A stretch of DNA of 64,000 nucleotides, taken from assembly GCF_006345805.1 (NCBI RefSeq), contig NC_043002.1, positions 51,150,001-51,214,000 on the forward strand, in the 5' to 3' direction. Below the pieces are notes generated by a model. The model saw only the letters and a program-made list of their open reading frames with translations. It had not been told where the DNA came from and made no database searches. The position numbers and the translations under genes are program-made. Positions 1 to 12,613 of this stretch are shown here, in pieces. How positions within the stretch are numbered: the first letter of the stretch is position 1; the number at the start of each line of letters is the position of its first letter. The DNA is from Octopus sinensis (lineage: Eukaryota).

Positions 1-27
1 TAATGCTTATTATTATTTTGTCTGTTT

Positions 28-345
28 TTACGTTCTGAGTACGAATTCCACCGAGGTCGATTTTGCCTTGATAAATTTACATCGACCCCAGTAGCATACT
101 GGGGTCAATATAAACGACAGGCCTCCTCCCCAAATCTTTTGGGCCTTATACCTAGAGTAGTAAAGAATATTTTCCCCATCTTTAAAGGCTCTTTATGTTC
201 TGAGTTCAAATCCCACCGAGGTCGACTTTGCTTTCATCCTTTCGTGGTTGATACATTAAGTACCAGTTGCGTAATGCGGTCGATTTAATCGACTGGTCCC
301 CTCCCACAAAATTTTTGGCATTTGTGCCGGTATAAAAGATTATTT
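28..345 (+). mobile_element. SINE family A, two head-to-tail partial copies
   Basis: Both carry the window-wide consensus GTTCTGAGTTCAAATTCCGCCGAGGTCGACTTTGCCTTTCATCCTTTCGGGGTCGAT..AAGTACCAG (B-box-like GAGTTCAAATTCC). The core resembles the Nin/Deu-type SINE central domain (from memory). Confidence 0.8.
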
Positions 346-505
346 TCTGGGTATTTACTGGGCCAAGTCGCTGATGTCGCTATAGTAAATAAATAAAACC
401 ATGAAAGTAAAAAAAGAAAGTTGATTTTCTCAAATGAAATAAAATTGCTGATATCTATATTTGGATCGAAACCCAGAAAATCTTTGACATCATCACCTTG
501 TATAC

Positions 506-541
<36 letters not shown>

Positions 542-808
542 ATCACATACACATAATCTATATCAGTAACTCAGTCCGTCTACAAATATTTCTGCTTTCC
601 TAACATTCACACTTGCCCAAGGAGGACGAATCGTAGACGTTTGGAGATTTATTACAATTCAAAGGTGGAGTCAGAAATTCGAAGAACAACGTTAACCCTG
701 ATGGAAAAGCAGCAAATTGTAAAGATGATCATGCAAGTTGTAAAGGTCTTCATAGCTATATATACAAATGTATGTGTGGATTTTTATATAAATACATATG
801 TATGTTAA

Positions 809-946
809 AGCACATCGCTCAGTGCTTAGAGCGTTGGCTCACAATCATGAGGTAGTGAGTTCGATTCCCGGACCAGGCTATGTTGTGTTATTGAGCAAGA
901 CTTTATTTTACGTTGTTCCTGTCAGCTGTAGAAATAAGTTGCGACA

Positions 947-948
<2 letters not shown>
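809..948 (+). mobile_element. SINE family B (tRNA-like head), 5' part
   Basis: A-box-like CGCTCAGTGCTTAG and B-box GAGTTCGATTCC, followed by GTTGTGTT.TTGAGCAAGAC.CTTTATTT, shared with copies at 3290, 21210, 39221 and 54139. Confidence 0.8.
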
Positions 949-980
<32 letters not shown>

Positions 981-1104
981 CTATATATGTATATATATTT
1001 TTTTCTCGAGCCATAATATAACTGGTAAGCAGTTTTTCATAGTGTATATGTGACTGAGATCACAATGAATTCCCTGAACAAGACACGGGTCCTTTGCCGC
1101 GCTC

Positions 1105-1298
1105 AACACCAGCAATTTCGTGGGGAGGGGCTAGACGATTATATCGACCCACTTTTATTGGACTACCACTTTATTTTATCGACCTAGAAAGGACGGAAGA
1201 AAAAGATGACCAGTTTGAGTTCAGAACGTAAGGAGCCGGAAAAAATGTCCCTAAACATTTCGTCCGACGAGCTTTACAATTCTGTCCGCTCACCGCTT
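1105..1298 (-). mobile_element. SINE family A, degraded copy
   Basis: Reverse complement contains ACGTTCTGAACTCAAAC...GGTCGATAAAATAAAG...GGGTCGATATAATCG. Confidence 0.65.
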
Positions 1299-1412
1299 AA
1301 GTACAAATATGCATACATGCATACGTATGTACACACGTTCATCTCTCACACACACACTCACATATGAACGTGATCATGCATACACACATATACATGCAAG
1401 CATACATACATA

Positions 1413-1451
<39 letters not shown>

Positions 1452-1587
1452 ATACACATATATACATACATTTGCGTGCACATAAATGACGAAACGGATT
1501 TGCATTAATACACATATTCTTATATACATACATACATACATACATACATACAGATATATATATATATCAATCTATCTATCTCTCTCC

Positions 1588-1628
<41 letters not shown>

Positions 1629-2223
1629 TGTGTGTGTGTCACAGGTGTATATATATATTTATAGGTTTAAACAAAAATGCCTATATTCACACAGACACAA
1701 ACACACACACACGTGTGTGTGTGTTGCGTGAATGCGTCTATGCGCACGCTCGCTTGTGTCTAAATTTCAAACTCCTCATGTCCCAAACATCGGTGTAATT
1801 TAAAGCAAAGCAGCAATAGAATATACATTACGGACATGAGTATTTACATAGAACTAGCTGTTAGAAGCAAAACTATCTAAAAAGAACTAAATTCAAATAG
1901 AATACCCCATATCCACACTCTGCCACATCCACATCAATGACCATTTCAGAACCAATTGTTAAGGATGGACAGAATATTCGAGAATGTGAATATCATGGAA
2001 TGAAGTGGCGCTTTTAAAGAGATTTTACGTCATTTGTTACAATCAGAACATCTGTTTCCGTCCATCAAACGAGACAGATAAACAGACGACACATTGTGGT
2101 GAAATATATACATTGCTATAAACTGACAAACACATAGCCTTTATGTCCGTACACATATGTATAAACATATACATACACCTACATAATACATACATACATA
2201 ATAAAACATATATATATATATAT

Positions 2224-2273
<50 letters not shown>

Positions 2274-2953
2274 CATAGTATGTACACACATACACATATC
2301 CATATATATTATGTCACGGTTAATTTCATAGCAAGTACATCAGGTCTGTTTGTTTCTGTCCTACCAAAACCTGATCGATTTTCCTATTTATCTTTTTCTC
2401 AAACTCCACATCTCTCTCTCACTCACTCTCTCTCTTCATTTCTGTTTGCCTATCTATCTCCCGTGCGTGTGTGTGTGTGTGTTTGTGTATGTGTGTGTGC
2501 ATGTGTGTGTGTGTCTTTGTAATTGGTGTCAAGGTGTGTACTTGCGAGTTCTATCTTTCTACATAATCATCCAATATCCTATGTTACGCACAAACATATC
2601 AGCTAAAACAACGTTATCATACTATAAAATACACGCACACACACACATGCACATACGCAAACATGCACACATGCACGCACACATAGACACACACATCCAC
2701 ATACAACAAACACATTTGTCCATATTGATTGGTAACGATTTATTATTCCCTGCATGGACATAAAATTACATGAGCCTCTGTGTGGATCTATCTATCTATC
2801 GATCTATCGCTCTTTCCTTCATTCTCTCTCTCTCTTTCTTTCTAAAAATAGATAGATTGATAGATAGACAGATAGATAGAGATAGAGAGACAGATAGATA
2901 GAGATAGAGAGACAGATAGATAGAGATAGAGAGACAGACAGACAGACAGACAG

Positions 2954-3071
<118 letters not shown>

Positions 3072-3114
3072 GGACATCTATGAATATCTATCTATCTAAC
3101 AGATTCAGTCGACA

Positions 3115-3170
3115 CCATGCAACTTAAACTTTCGTAGGCTCAGCACAGAAACCTAGCTCCTCAGGCATGG
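3115..3170 (-). ncRNA. Candidate type I hammerhead ribozyme
   Basis: Minus strand reads CCAUGC-CUGAGGA-GCUAGGUUUCUGUGCUGAGCCUAC-GAAA-GUUUAAG-UU-GCAUGG. Perfect 6-bp stem I, extended stem II with a bulged C, intact core, but a G.G mismatch at 15.2/16.2 in stem III. Confidence 0.55.
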
Positions 3171-3289
3171 GAGACCGAATATATGTGAGTGTATATCATT
3201 CTGTATATCTCACTAGTAATGTATTAGTCTTGAGAAGGCATATCATATAGACATATAATGCGTCTATACAAAACTCATTCTCAAGACAA

Positions 3290-3616
3290 AGGAGGATCAC
3301 TCCGTCGATTACGACGACGAGGGTCCCAGCTGATACGATCAACAGAACAGCCTGCTCGTGAAATTAACGTGCAAGTGGCTGAGCACTCCACAGACACGCG
3401 TACCCTTAACGTAGTTCTCGGGGAGATTCAGCGTGACACACAGTGTGACAAGGCCGGCCCTTTGAAATACAGGTACAACTCATTTTTGCCAGCTGAGTGG
3501 ACTGGAGCAACGTGAAATAAAGTGTCTTGCTCAAGGACACAACGCGTCGCTTGGAATCAAACTCACGACCTTACAATCGTGAGCCGAATGCCCTAACCAC
3601 TAAGCCACGCGCCTCC
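3290..3616 (-). mobile_element. SINE family B, near full-length
   Basis: Minus strand starts GGAGGCGCGTGGCTTAGTGGTTAGGGC (A box) ... GAGTTTGATTCC (B box) ... GTTGTGTCCTTGAGCAAGACACTTTATTTCACGTTGCTCCAG (Meta/CORE-like domain, from memory). Confidence 0.85.
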
Positions 3617-3821
3617 CCTCAAGACAAATATCACACTATCGTAGCTTTCGTGCAACGTATACATGTCAAGCGGATTGCTGTTCGGAATTATACATCTATC
3701 ACTAATAACAACAACAACCACAACAACAATAATACATGTATATACGCGCGCGCACACACACACACGCGCGCGTATATATATGTATGCATGTATGCATACA
3801 TATATATATGTTCAACTTCTT

Positions 3822-4372
3822 CCCTCCTGGCGTCTCTAAACTTCCCTTCACTCTTGACATCAAGAGCCTATACACGGTGATCCATCACCACGAGGGGCTG
3901 CGTGCACTCCAGCATTTCCTTGACCCAACCTCCAGCCTGACACATCCACACATTTCCAGCTGGCCGAACTTGTCCTCTCACCTAACAGCTTCTCGTTCTC
4001 GGGTGATTTTTACCACCAGTTCTCGGGAGTGGCCATGGTAACGAGAATGGGCCCCAACTATGCGAACCTGTTCTACGTTGAGGCCCAAATATTCTTAAGT
4101 TTCACTGGTCCCACTCCTGAACTATACGGTCGTTATACTGACGACTCTATCGGTGCGACCTAACACTCCCGCGAACATCTAGACTCCTTCCTCTCTTATG
4201 TCAAATCTTTCCATCCTGCCCTATACTTCTCCTGCACTATCTACGCAGGATCTGCAGTGACGACCATGACTTTGAGACTCAGTCTCAACTCATGGCTCGC
4301 CACTTCATCCTACGTGGATATCCCCTTACCACTATTCACACCGCCCTTGCCAGAGAACGCTCTGTGGACCGT
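3822..4372 (+). pseudogene. Penelope-like element reverse transcriptase relic (frameshifted, internally deleted)
   Basis: Manual translation gives FTLDIKSLYT (3847-3876), GVAMVTRMGPNYANLF (4026-4073), RYTDD (4131-4145) and, after a deletion, RRICSDDHDF...[11 protein letters not shown]. These are the characteristic PLE RT and thumb motifs. Confidence 0.85.
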
Positions 4373-4403
4373 GCATCTGCTCTCTCCCCCGCACATATGT
4401 ATG

Positions 4404-4448
<45 letters not shown>

Positions 4449-4526
4449 TATATATACACACACACACAATACACATATATATATATATAATATATACATA
4501 TTTACAGGTATATATGTATGCATGAA

Positions 4527-4577
<51 letters not shown>

Positions 4578-4953
4578 TATATATATAAGAGAATTAACCT
4601 AAATATGAAGTAAATTCTTTTTCACGACGGAACTCGAAGTACATAGAGCTATAAAGAATGATATTACTGCGGGATTGAAAATATATCCGAATGCTATTCG
4701 TAATATTTTCAACTATCTTCCATGTAAGGGTTTTTTTTATACCCAATATAGTAAATGCTACTACTAAAACCTTAAACTATTTCGACTTCCAATCTTAAAA
4801 GTTATTTTACTTCATATCTCTTGAAGATTCTACACTCTTATTCTGTATATAGCTTAAATGTATAAGTCCTATATTTATGTGTATGAATATATCTACCGAT
4901 CTATCTATATATCTATCTTTGTATGTATGTGTGTATGTGTGTATGTGTTTGTG

Positions 4954-5029
<76 letters not shown>

Positions 5030-5594
5030 CAATTACATGTTTATTCTTTACCTGTTAATTGTTTACGATACACGCATATAAGTAGACTAAGTAGACAAGG
5101 TTTCGCAAAGGTTAGAGTACGATTAATTAGTTTCCTGTGTAAATTACAAGCAATTTTAAACAAAATGACTTGAGCTAAAGCTGTGATATAAGAACTGAAC
5201 TGAAGTTTAAACATACCGTATGCGTATTTCTTGTAACTGGTAATTGTACTTAATAACATATTGCATATATATATAGCATGCACATGGGAATTTTGATGGC
5301 AACTGTTGGTGCTGCCACCTACAGTTGCTTTCGGAGTAAGAGACGGAGAGAAAGACCATTTGCTAGGAGATAGAAAGGGCGGGGAGAACACCGATCCAGG
5401 ATTGTAATTTGTTTTTTTTTTGTTACTTTTGCTTTATATTTTTTATATTATATATTGCACATATATATATATGCACCACAATTTCGATAGGAATTGCAGG
5501 GCCCTAACCACTAAGCCACGCGCCTTTATACGCGAGCACACACCACATGCATATATGCGTACATAATTGATTATATATACATGCATATATATAA

Positions 5595-5667
<73 letters not shown>

Positions 5668-6854
5668 TATTATATATATATATGTATGTATGTATGTATA
5701 TTGAGAAAGGCAGAGAGGGGAAATAGAATTAGGTGTCTAACAGCTGGACTTTTAGTAATCTCTGAAAAATGAAGACAAATCAACTAATCTCAAATCAAAC
5801 GGGAAGGTCATCGATGAAATGCATTTTATATGAGGTTAAGCAATAACAATGAATAAGACGAGATTCTCACGGGTGCAATGCCTTTTATTATTAATCAGCA
5901 AGATTAGGGCTGATTTGGAGCTAATCGATCCAATTAGCATATTTAATATGATCAAAATCAACACCACCTCCAATATCATTAACGATACATGCTATACCAG
6001 ATAAGGGATGATTGAAATGGAAAGCCAGAGGGCCATTGCTGGAATGTTTTCTTCGCTCTAGTTGAGTTAGGCTAGAGTTAGATATTTCCAATTACAACGA
6101 AAACAACAAGAGACGTGAGGGGCAGTACATGGTTGCTCGACCCTGCAAGAACTAGCACTCAAATTTCCCTTAAATCACACCTTAATAAAGATATATTTGA
6201 TTACCCTTGTGTCAGGTACACGATGGTTGGGTTTTAAAATAATGAGATCGATGCAGCTGATGTCCAATGTAGCTAAATTTAACTGCTATGGTTCAATATC
6301 TTTTGAAAACATGTGAGCAGGGATAGAATTTCTCGAGAGAGGTCAACTTATGTTAAGCATGATTAAGCACAATGTTTAGTGTAAGTCCTGGAGAATGAGA
6401 GATCGTTGAAATGACAAGAGTGAGACAGTTGCATTTATTGGGAGAACCTAAGATGAAAATGGATATTTAGTACAGAGAAGTTGCTGAAGCAGCGATATAA
6501 GGATAAAAAGGAAACAGTGTCTGTGAGTTTTATCATTTTTCATATAATGAGTTGATCTTTAGTATTAAATTGGCTAATCTTCAGAGAACCTTCTTTTTAG
6601 GCGCAAAATATACTGTCACGGAATCACGTGACACTAACGCACGAACGTAGCGGGGAAACGTACACAGTTTATAAACTTAATCGCGTGTTCATTCTCTACA
6701 AACACTTGACAGAAAACATTCAGAACATTGATTGTTTGGACTTTTTCAGTCAACTGTGTCACCCTTAACTTTCGCATCTTCAAAGGGCTTAGTCACATGG
6801 ACGTCTTGTCAGTATATATAGCCGAAGACAAATGTGTACATATATATTATAATA

Positions 6855-6941
<87 letters not shown>

Positions 6942-7554
6942 TAATATATGTATGCATGCATATAATCATGAATAATATACAGCAGAACGGCAACTGGTAA
7001 TAACATTTTCCTTAGAGCACTTGGATCATTTTCTTTCCTATTTTTTATAAGGAGTTTCTTTCCCGAAATATTATTGAAGCTTTAAACAACCTATGTAAGA
7101 CGATACAATATATTGTCCTTTTCGTAATATATTGGTATGATCTTACATATTCTGCTTGATTTGGCAATTGCATCGCTTAAAGGTTATTTTAAAATAAGTA
7201 TGCCATTTAGACATTGCAATGCTTCAGGCAAATTACAATATCGTTTTATCAATAACATATTTTTCACGACACTCAGGCATTCGAAAAGATTTCCTAAAGC
7301 CTTAAATTATATATTTCAAACATCTATAGCACACTTAGATGTCCTTTGTGTCGCTTCGCTCAATAACCTACATTAAACGAAACCACTTGACAAAGACAAA
7401 CCTTCCTCAAATTATATTGTAAGATTTTCAGTAGAAAATAATACTTTTGGACAAAGTAGGTACTGGTATTTAAAAATAATGAATGGAGCATCGCTAAAAT
7501 GGCATTAGTCATAGGCCTGCATGGTAAGATCCTGGCTCGTTGTTAAACAATAAC

Positions 7555-8208
7555 TGTTACGGTATTGGTTTCAAATTTCGGCACAAGACCAGCAACTTCG
7601 GGACAGGAGTAAGTCGATTACATCGACCCTAGTATTCAACTGGTACTTTTTTTTATCGAGCTTGAAAAGATGAAAGGCAAATTTAACCTTGGTGGAATTT
7701 GAACTCAAAATATAAATTTTAGCTAGCATGCTAACAATTCTGTCCGATTATAACTTACATTAGGTTAAAATTTTAGCACAGGGCCAGCAAATTTGGGGGA
7801 GGATGTAAGTAGATTACATCGATTCCAGTGTTCAACTGGTATTTATTTTATTAACTCCAGAAAGATGAAAGGCAAAGTCGACCTCGGTGGAATTTGAACT
7901 CAGAACACAAAGACAGGCGGAATACTGATAAGTATTTTGTCCAGCGTGCTAACGATTCTCCCATCTCGCTGTCTTTATAACTGTTACAATATTCTTTTCT
8001 ACTCTAGACACAAGGCTCGAAATTTTGGAGGAGGGGGCCTGTCGATTAGATCGACCCCAGTATGCAACTGATACTTAATTTATCGACCCCCGAAAGGATG
8101 AAAGGCAAAGTGAACCTCGGCGGAATTTGAACTCAGAACGTAAAAACAGACGAAATACCGCTAAGCATTTCGCTCGGCGTCCTAACGTTTCTGCCAGCTC
8201 GCCGTCTT
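7555..8208 (-). mobile_element. SINE family A, three head-to-tail copies
   Basis: Units at ~7555-7745, 7760-7972 and 7990-8208, each with AAAGGCAAA..(G)ACCTCGG.GGAATTTGAACTCA and separated by ATAACT(G/A)TTAC-type spacers. Confidence 0.85.
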
Positions 8209-8396
8209 CATAACTATTACAATATTGACAAAACACCAACATTGCTAAAACCTCTGATACACTTTTAATCAGTAAGTGGCTTTAACTCAGTTAAAATAAA
8301 CGATATTGTTCTGACATGTTCCCATGTCGGTCAAAAACAGAGAAATAAATGAGACTGAGTAAAAGAGAGAGAGAGAGTGAGAAATAAGAAAGACTG

Positions 8397-8442
<46 letters not shown>

Positions 8443-9020
8443 AGAGAGAGAGAGAGACTGGGAGAGAGAGAAATACATGTGCTTAAAATATTAGAGGAAT
8501 ACAGGACGTTCTGTTTTGGTGGTGAATAGTTAAGATGGATGTCACTGAAGGCTATAGGGTGATGCTGTATGAAGATTTGAGTGAGGTTGTTGTTTCGAAA
8601 GAAGTTAATTCCTGAAAAGAAGACGCATTTCTATCAAATAAGATATACATTTAACGTTGTGTAAACTCTTAAGAACACGCGCATGACATTTCTTTTTCGC
8701 TTTTCGTCCAACATGTTTTCTAAGGCTAACACTTTCTAAGTATCTATCTATCTATCTATCTAACGTTTTATCGCTTTATACACACACATACATATATATA
8801 GATATATATATATAGATATGTATTATATATATTTATAGAAAAAATATTTTCATTTACACGTATGAATAGGGAGAGATAGGGAGAAGAAAAGGGCAAGAGA
8901 GGGAAAGGGAGAGGGAGAGAGAGGGGGAGGGAGATTTGGTATACAAGTAGACACAAAGACATATAGAAAGGAGTGCACAATCATATGCAAGACGTTAGTT
9001 CTGTCTCTAATCTCTGTCAA

Positions 9021-9060
<40 letters not shown>

Positions 9061-9169
9061 TCTATATGTGTGTGTATATGCATATATATATACGCATATA
9101 AATATATGTATATATTTATATATATATATTTATATAAATATATATATATATATACATACATACATACAT

Positions 9170-9206
<37 letters not shown>

Positions 9207-9342
9207 CATACATACATACATACATACATACATACGCACAATTCCTTTCTGAATGAATCTTTTGTATGCGTGTATTAGTGCGCTCATGCGTGGATGTCAT
9301 TGTATATGTGCTGGATATTTGCGTATGTTTGTATATGCACTC

Positions 9343-9373
<31 letters not shown>

Positions 9374-9639
9374 CTGTGTGTATATACGTGTATATGTACT
9401 TGTATATATGTGTGTATTGAGGAGGCTTTTAAAGAACGAAGACAGAAGACAGTGGAGTGACTCTAAAGTTTACTGACACATCTTCCAAGAAGACACTTCA
9501 ACTAATCCATTTTACCCTTTCACTGACTCCCACTTACTATTCTATTGCTTTGCACTTTTGTTATTCTTCTCATTGATGCTCGTGTCGTTATTGTCCTTGT
9601 TCTTCTTACTGTTGTTGTTTTTTACGTTCTTACCATTGT

Positions 9640-10400
9640 TGTTATAGTGTTTATGATGATGATGATGATGGGGTTGTGGTGATGTTATTTTTATCGTTAT
9701 GATCGTTATTGTATCTGTTGTTGCTGTTGTCACTCGTGTTGTCTTTGATGGCGATGGTGATTGTGTTTGTGGTGCTTGTGTTGGTTTGTGGTCATTGTGG
9801 CAGTGGTGGTTGCGGTGGTGGTGTGGTGGTGGTAGTTGTTATGTTGGCATTAGTAGATGTGGTGGTGATGGTGTTCGCGGTACTTGTAGTGCTGTTGGTG
9901 GTTGTGGTGGTGGTACTGGTGGTGGTGGTGGTGGTGATGGTCATGGTGATTGTGTTGGTAGGGGTTGTGTTGGTGGTAGTTGTCATGTTGAAGGTATTGG
10001 TGTTGGTGGTGGTAGATGTGGTGGTGGTGGTAATGGTTGTGTTGGTAGTGTTTGTGTTGGTGGTTGTGTTCGTGATGGTGGTGGTAGTTGTCATGTTGAA
10101 GGTAATGGTGTTGGTGGTGGTAGATGTGGGGGTGATGGCGTTGGTGGTACTTGTAGTGCTGTTGGTGATTGTGGTGGTGGTTATGGTGATTGTGTTGCTA
10201 GTGGTGGCAGCTATGTGGTGGTTGTTGTAGTAGCTCTGTTGGTGGTGGAGCTGCAGCCGGTATTGCTGGGAGTTGGTAATCTTTTTGATGCTGTTGTTGC
10301 TGTTGCTGGGGCTGCCCCTGTTGCTGCCGATATTTTTCTTATTATCGAGGTTGTTGCTGCTGCTGTTGTTGTTATTGTTGTTAAAATTGTCCTTTTCGCT
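9640..10400. repeat. Degenerate (GGT/GTT/GAT)n low-complexity tract with internal higher-order duplications
   Basis: Trinucleotide-periodic G/T-rich tract. Block GGTGGTAGTTGTCATGTTGAAGGTA.TGGTGTTGGTGGTGGTAGATGTGG occurs at ~9974 and ~10082. Confidence 0.85.
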
Positions 10401-10604
10401 ACATATTGTCCTTCTTTTAATGTCGCCGCGTTTGGCTGTTTGAGCACGTGATTTGATAGTTTGCAATGGAGCTGTACCTGTGACCAGGTCGCAGCGGTGC
10501 GACGAAAATTTCAATATCTCATGAAATCAATTTGAAATAAGTTTAGGAGCACTCCTGTAATGCTGACTTTGATTATTAAATGCATTTTTTGTTGTTATTG
10601 TTGT

Positions 10605-10692
<88 letters not shown>

Positions 10693-10764
10693 GGTGATTA
10701 AGTAGCGAGATGGTAAAGTCCTTAGCACTCCTGAGAAGATACGTAGAGACATTTCTTACAAGAC

Positions 10765-10888
10765 ATTCTGAGTTGAAATTCTGCGAAGGTCGACTTGACC
10801 TTTTATCTTTCGGGGGTCAATAAAATGTATACAAGTTAAACTCCTCGATCGATGTAATCGACTAGCTCCTTCCCCAAATCACCAGGAT
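10765..10888 (+). mobile_element. SINE family A, partial
   Basis: TTCTGAGTTGAAATTCTGCGAAGGTCGACTTGACC...TTTCGGGGGTCAATAAAA, followed by a (TTA)n tract. Confidence 0.7.
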
Positions 10889-10906
10889 TATTATTATTAT
10901 TATCAA

Positions 10907-10975
<69 letters not shown>

Positions 10976-11231
10976 CATCATCATCATCATCATCATCATT
11001 ATTTTTCCTTCTTTCTTCAAATTTTCTTCCGTTTCTCGCCGGATGTTTTCCATACACCTAGGACAGAGAAGCTCATTGTACGCATTCCCAGAATACACAC
11101 GCAAATTCACAGGTAAAATATGTATTAAAAAAATTAATGAATAAATAAATTCATGAATGGATGTTGTTTTCACAGCGATAATGCACATGAGCCGTTCCAG
11201 TTAACACGATTTTATTATTATTATTATTATA

Positions 11232-11276
<45 letters not shown>

Positions 11277-11304
11277 GTTGTTGTTGTTGTTGTTGTTATT
11301 ATTA

Positions 11305-11389
<85 letters not shown>

Positions 11390-11650
11390 TAGTCTTATTT
11401 CTAATGCCTACTTTCACTGCACTACCGAGCGCAGCTCTATGCGCCTTGGGTTCAGACTGTGGTTGGTTATAGTGCTCTTATTTTCACTGTATTGAAAGTG
11501 TTTTACATAGGATGTGTGCGGTGTCTGGTAGTGTTATTTTCTGTATGCTGTATGTACTTGTAAGTCCTAGTGTTTTTGTTATGCATTTGTCTGAATGTTT
11601 TTGTTATCATACCTAATACGCCCATTATAATAGGAGTTGTTTCTGTTCAT
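11390..11650 (-). mobile_element. R4/Dong-like non-LTR retrotransposon 3' end (RLE C-terminus plus 3' UTR) running into (TAA)n
   Basis: Minus-strand translation with one frameshift: TETTPIIMGVLGMI / ITKTLGLTSTYSIQKITLPDTAHILCKTLSIQ*. This matches the PIVIGALG...IQKxALLGTAHILRK pattern of R4-clade C-termini. The tail continues into (TAA/CAA)n at 11200-11387. Confidence 0.7.
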
Positions 11651-11654
11651 TGTT

Positions 11655-12210
11655 ATTATTCAATGAGAGAGCAGTGCATGACACCAAAGTGACACTGGGA
11701 TAAAAAATATACGAAGCCCAATATACCCATCATGACTACCTGTCTGATAAGGGTACACCAGGTACATCCATCACAACCAAAAGTGGGTGAGTGTCATGGT
11801 TACCTCACATCAAGATTAACTGCGCATTACCTGGCAGGTGGGGCCAAGTTAGAATTTTCTTCTGGTCGAATAGCCCATCCCGCTCAAACAGTCCCTGAAT
11901 AAGGATTGTTTAATGATGTTGAACGAAACATCCATGTTTCCAAAGGTGAATTATTCAAGCCCCAAAGAATTCCTCTCAACACATGGCTATGATGCTCCCC
12001 CACTACTTCTGCTCGTGATCAGAGATGCACATATCGTGAGCCACTAAGAGACATGCTTAACTGATTATGGTCGAACAACTGACAAGCAAATCTGTTGTAT
12101 TCAGCAGAATATTTGTTGTAGCCCATCTTTTATATCAAGACAAAACAATGTGCATGATAACACTTCCAATCCGTTAAGATGAGATTGGCCATGGAAGCCA
12201 CTGGAAGGTA
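11655..12210 (-). mobile_element. Unclassified interspersed repeat (SINE- or LINE-tail-like)
   Basis: Complex sequence, with 12035-12100 repeated in inverted orientation at 12480-12541. It resembles a common cephalopod repeat from memory only. Confidence 0.4.
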
Positions 12211-12538
12211 CTGTATCAGGGAATTTATTATTATTATTATTATTATATGTTTGACTTTTGCTTTATGTCTGTACAAGTTGGCTCCAAGTCTCACCCAGAG
12301 ACGTCAAGAGACAACAGGTTGGAAGTTCTGTGCCATATATTTGGGGGTTTTTTTTTTTTGGTCTTGTACTAGTGAATGTCTAATACATAAAAATAAAAAA
12401 TAAAAAAAAAAAAAATAAAATTAAAAAAAAAAAAAAAGAAGTTTGTTTTAAACCTTGGGATTACATAGAGAGTACAACATATTTGCTTGTCAGTTGTTTG
12501 ACCATAACCAGATAAGCATGGCTCTTAGTGGCTCACGA

Positions 12539-12611
<73 letters not shown>

Positions 12612-12613
<2 letters not shown>

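Noticed and set aside
3560-3616. tRNA genes at family B heads (also 809, 39221, 54139)
   Set aside because: A and B boxes are present, but they run into the shared SINE body and I could not form a proper acceptor stem; these are tRNA-derived SINE heads.
5299-5328. GCAACTGT-T-GGTG-CTGC-CACC-T-ACAGTTGC hairpin
   Set aside because: Real but short (30 nt) and isolated; no function can be assigned and chance is not excluded.
10488-10508. GTCGC/GCGAC hairpin followed by GAAA as a hammerhead stem II
   Set aside because: No CUGANGA at the correct position. The same hairpin-plus-GAAAAT occurs in the MITE-like TIR at ~27598-27620, so it is a TIR motif.
11062-11112. 51-bp candidate plus-strand exon (CCTAG|...CAG|GTAAAA)
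   Set aside because: Splice-like dinucleotides are common, and no frame gives a recognisable peptide.
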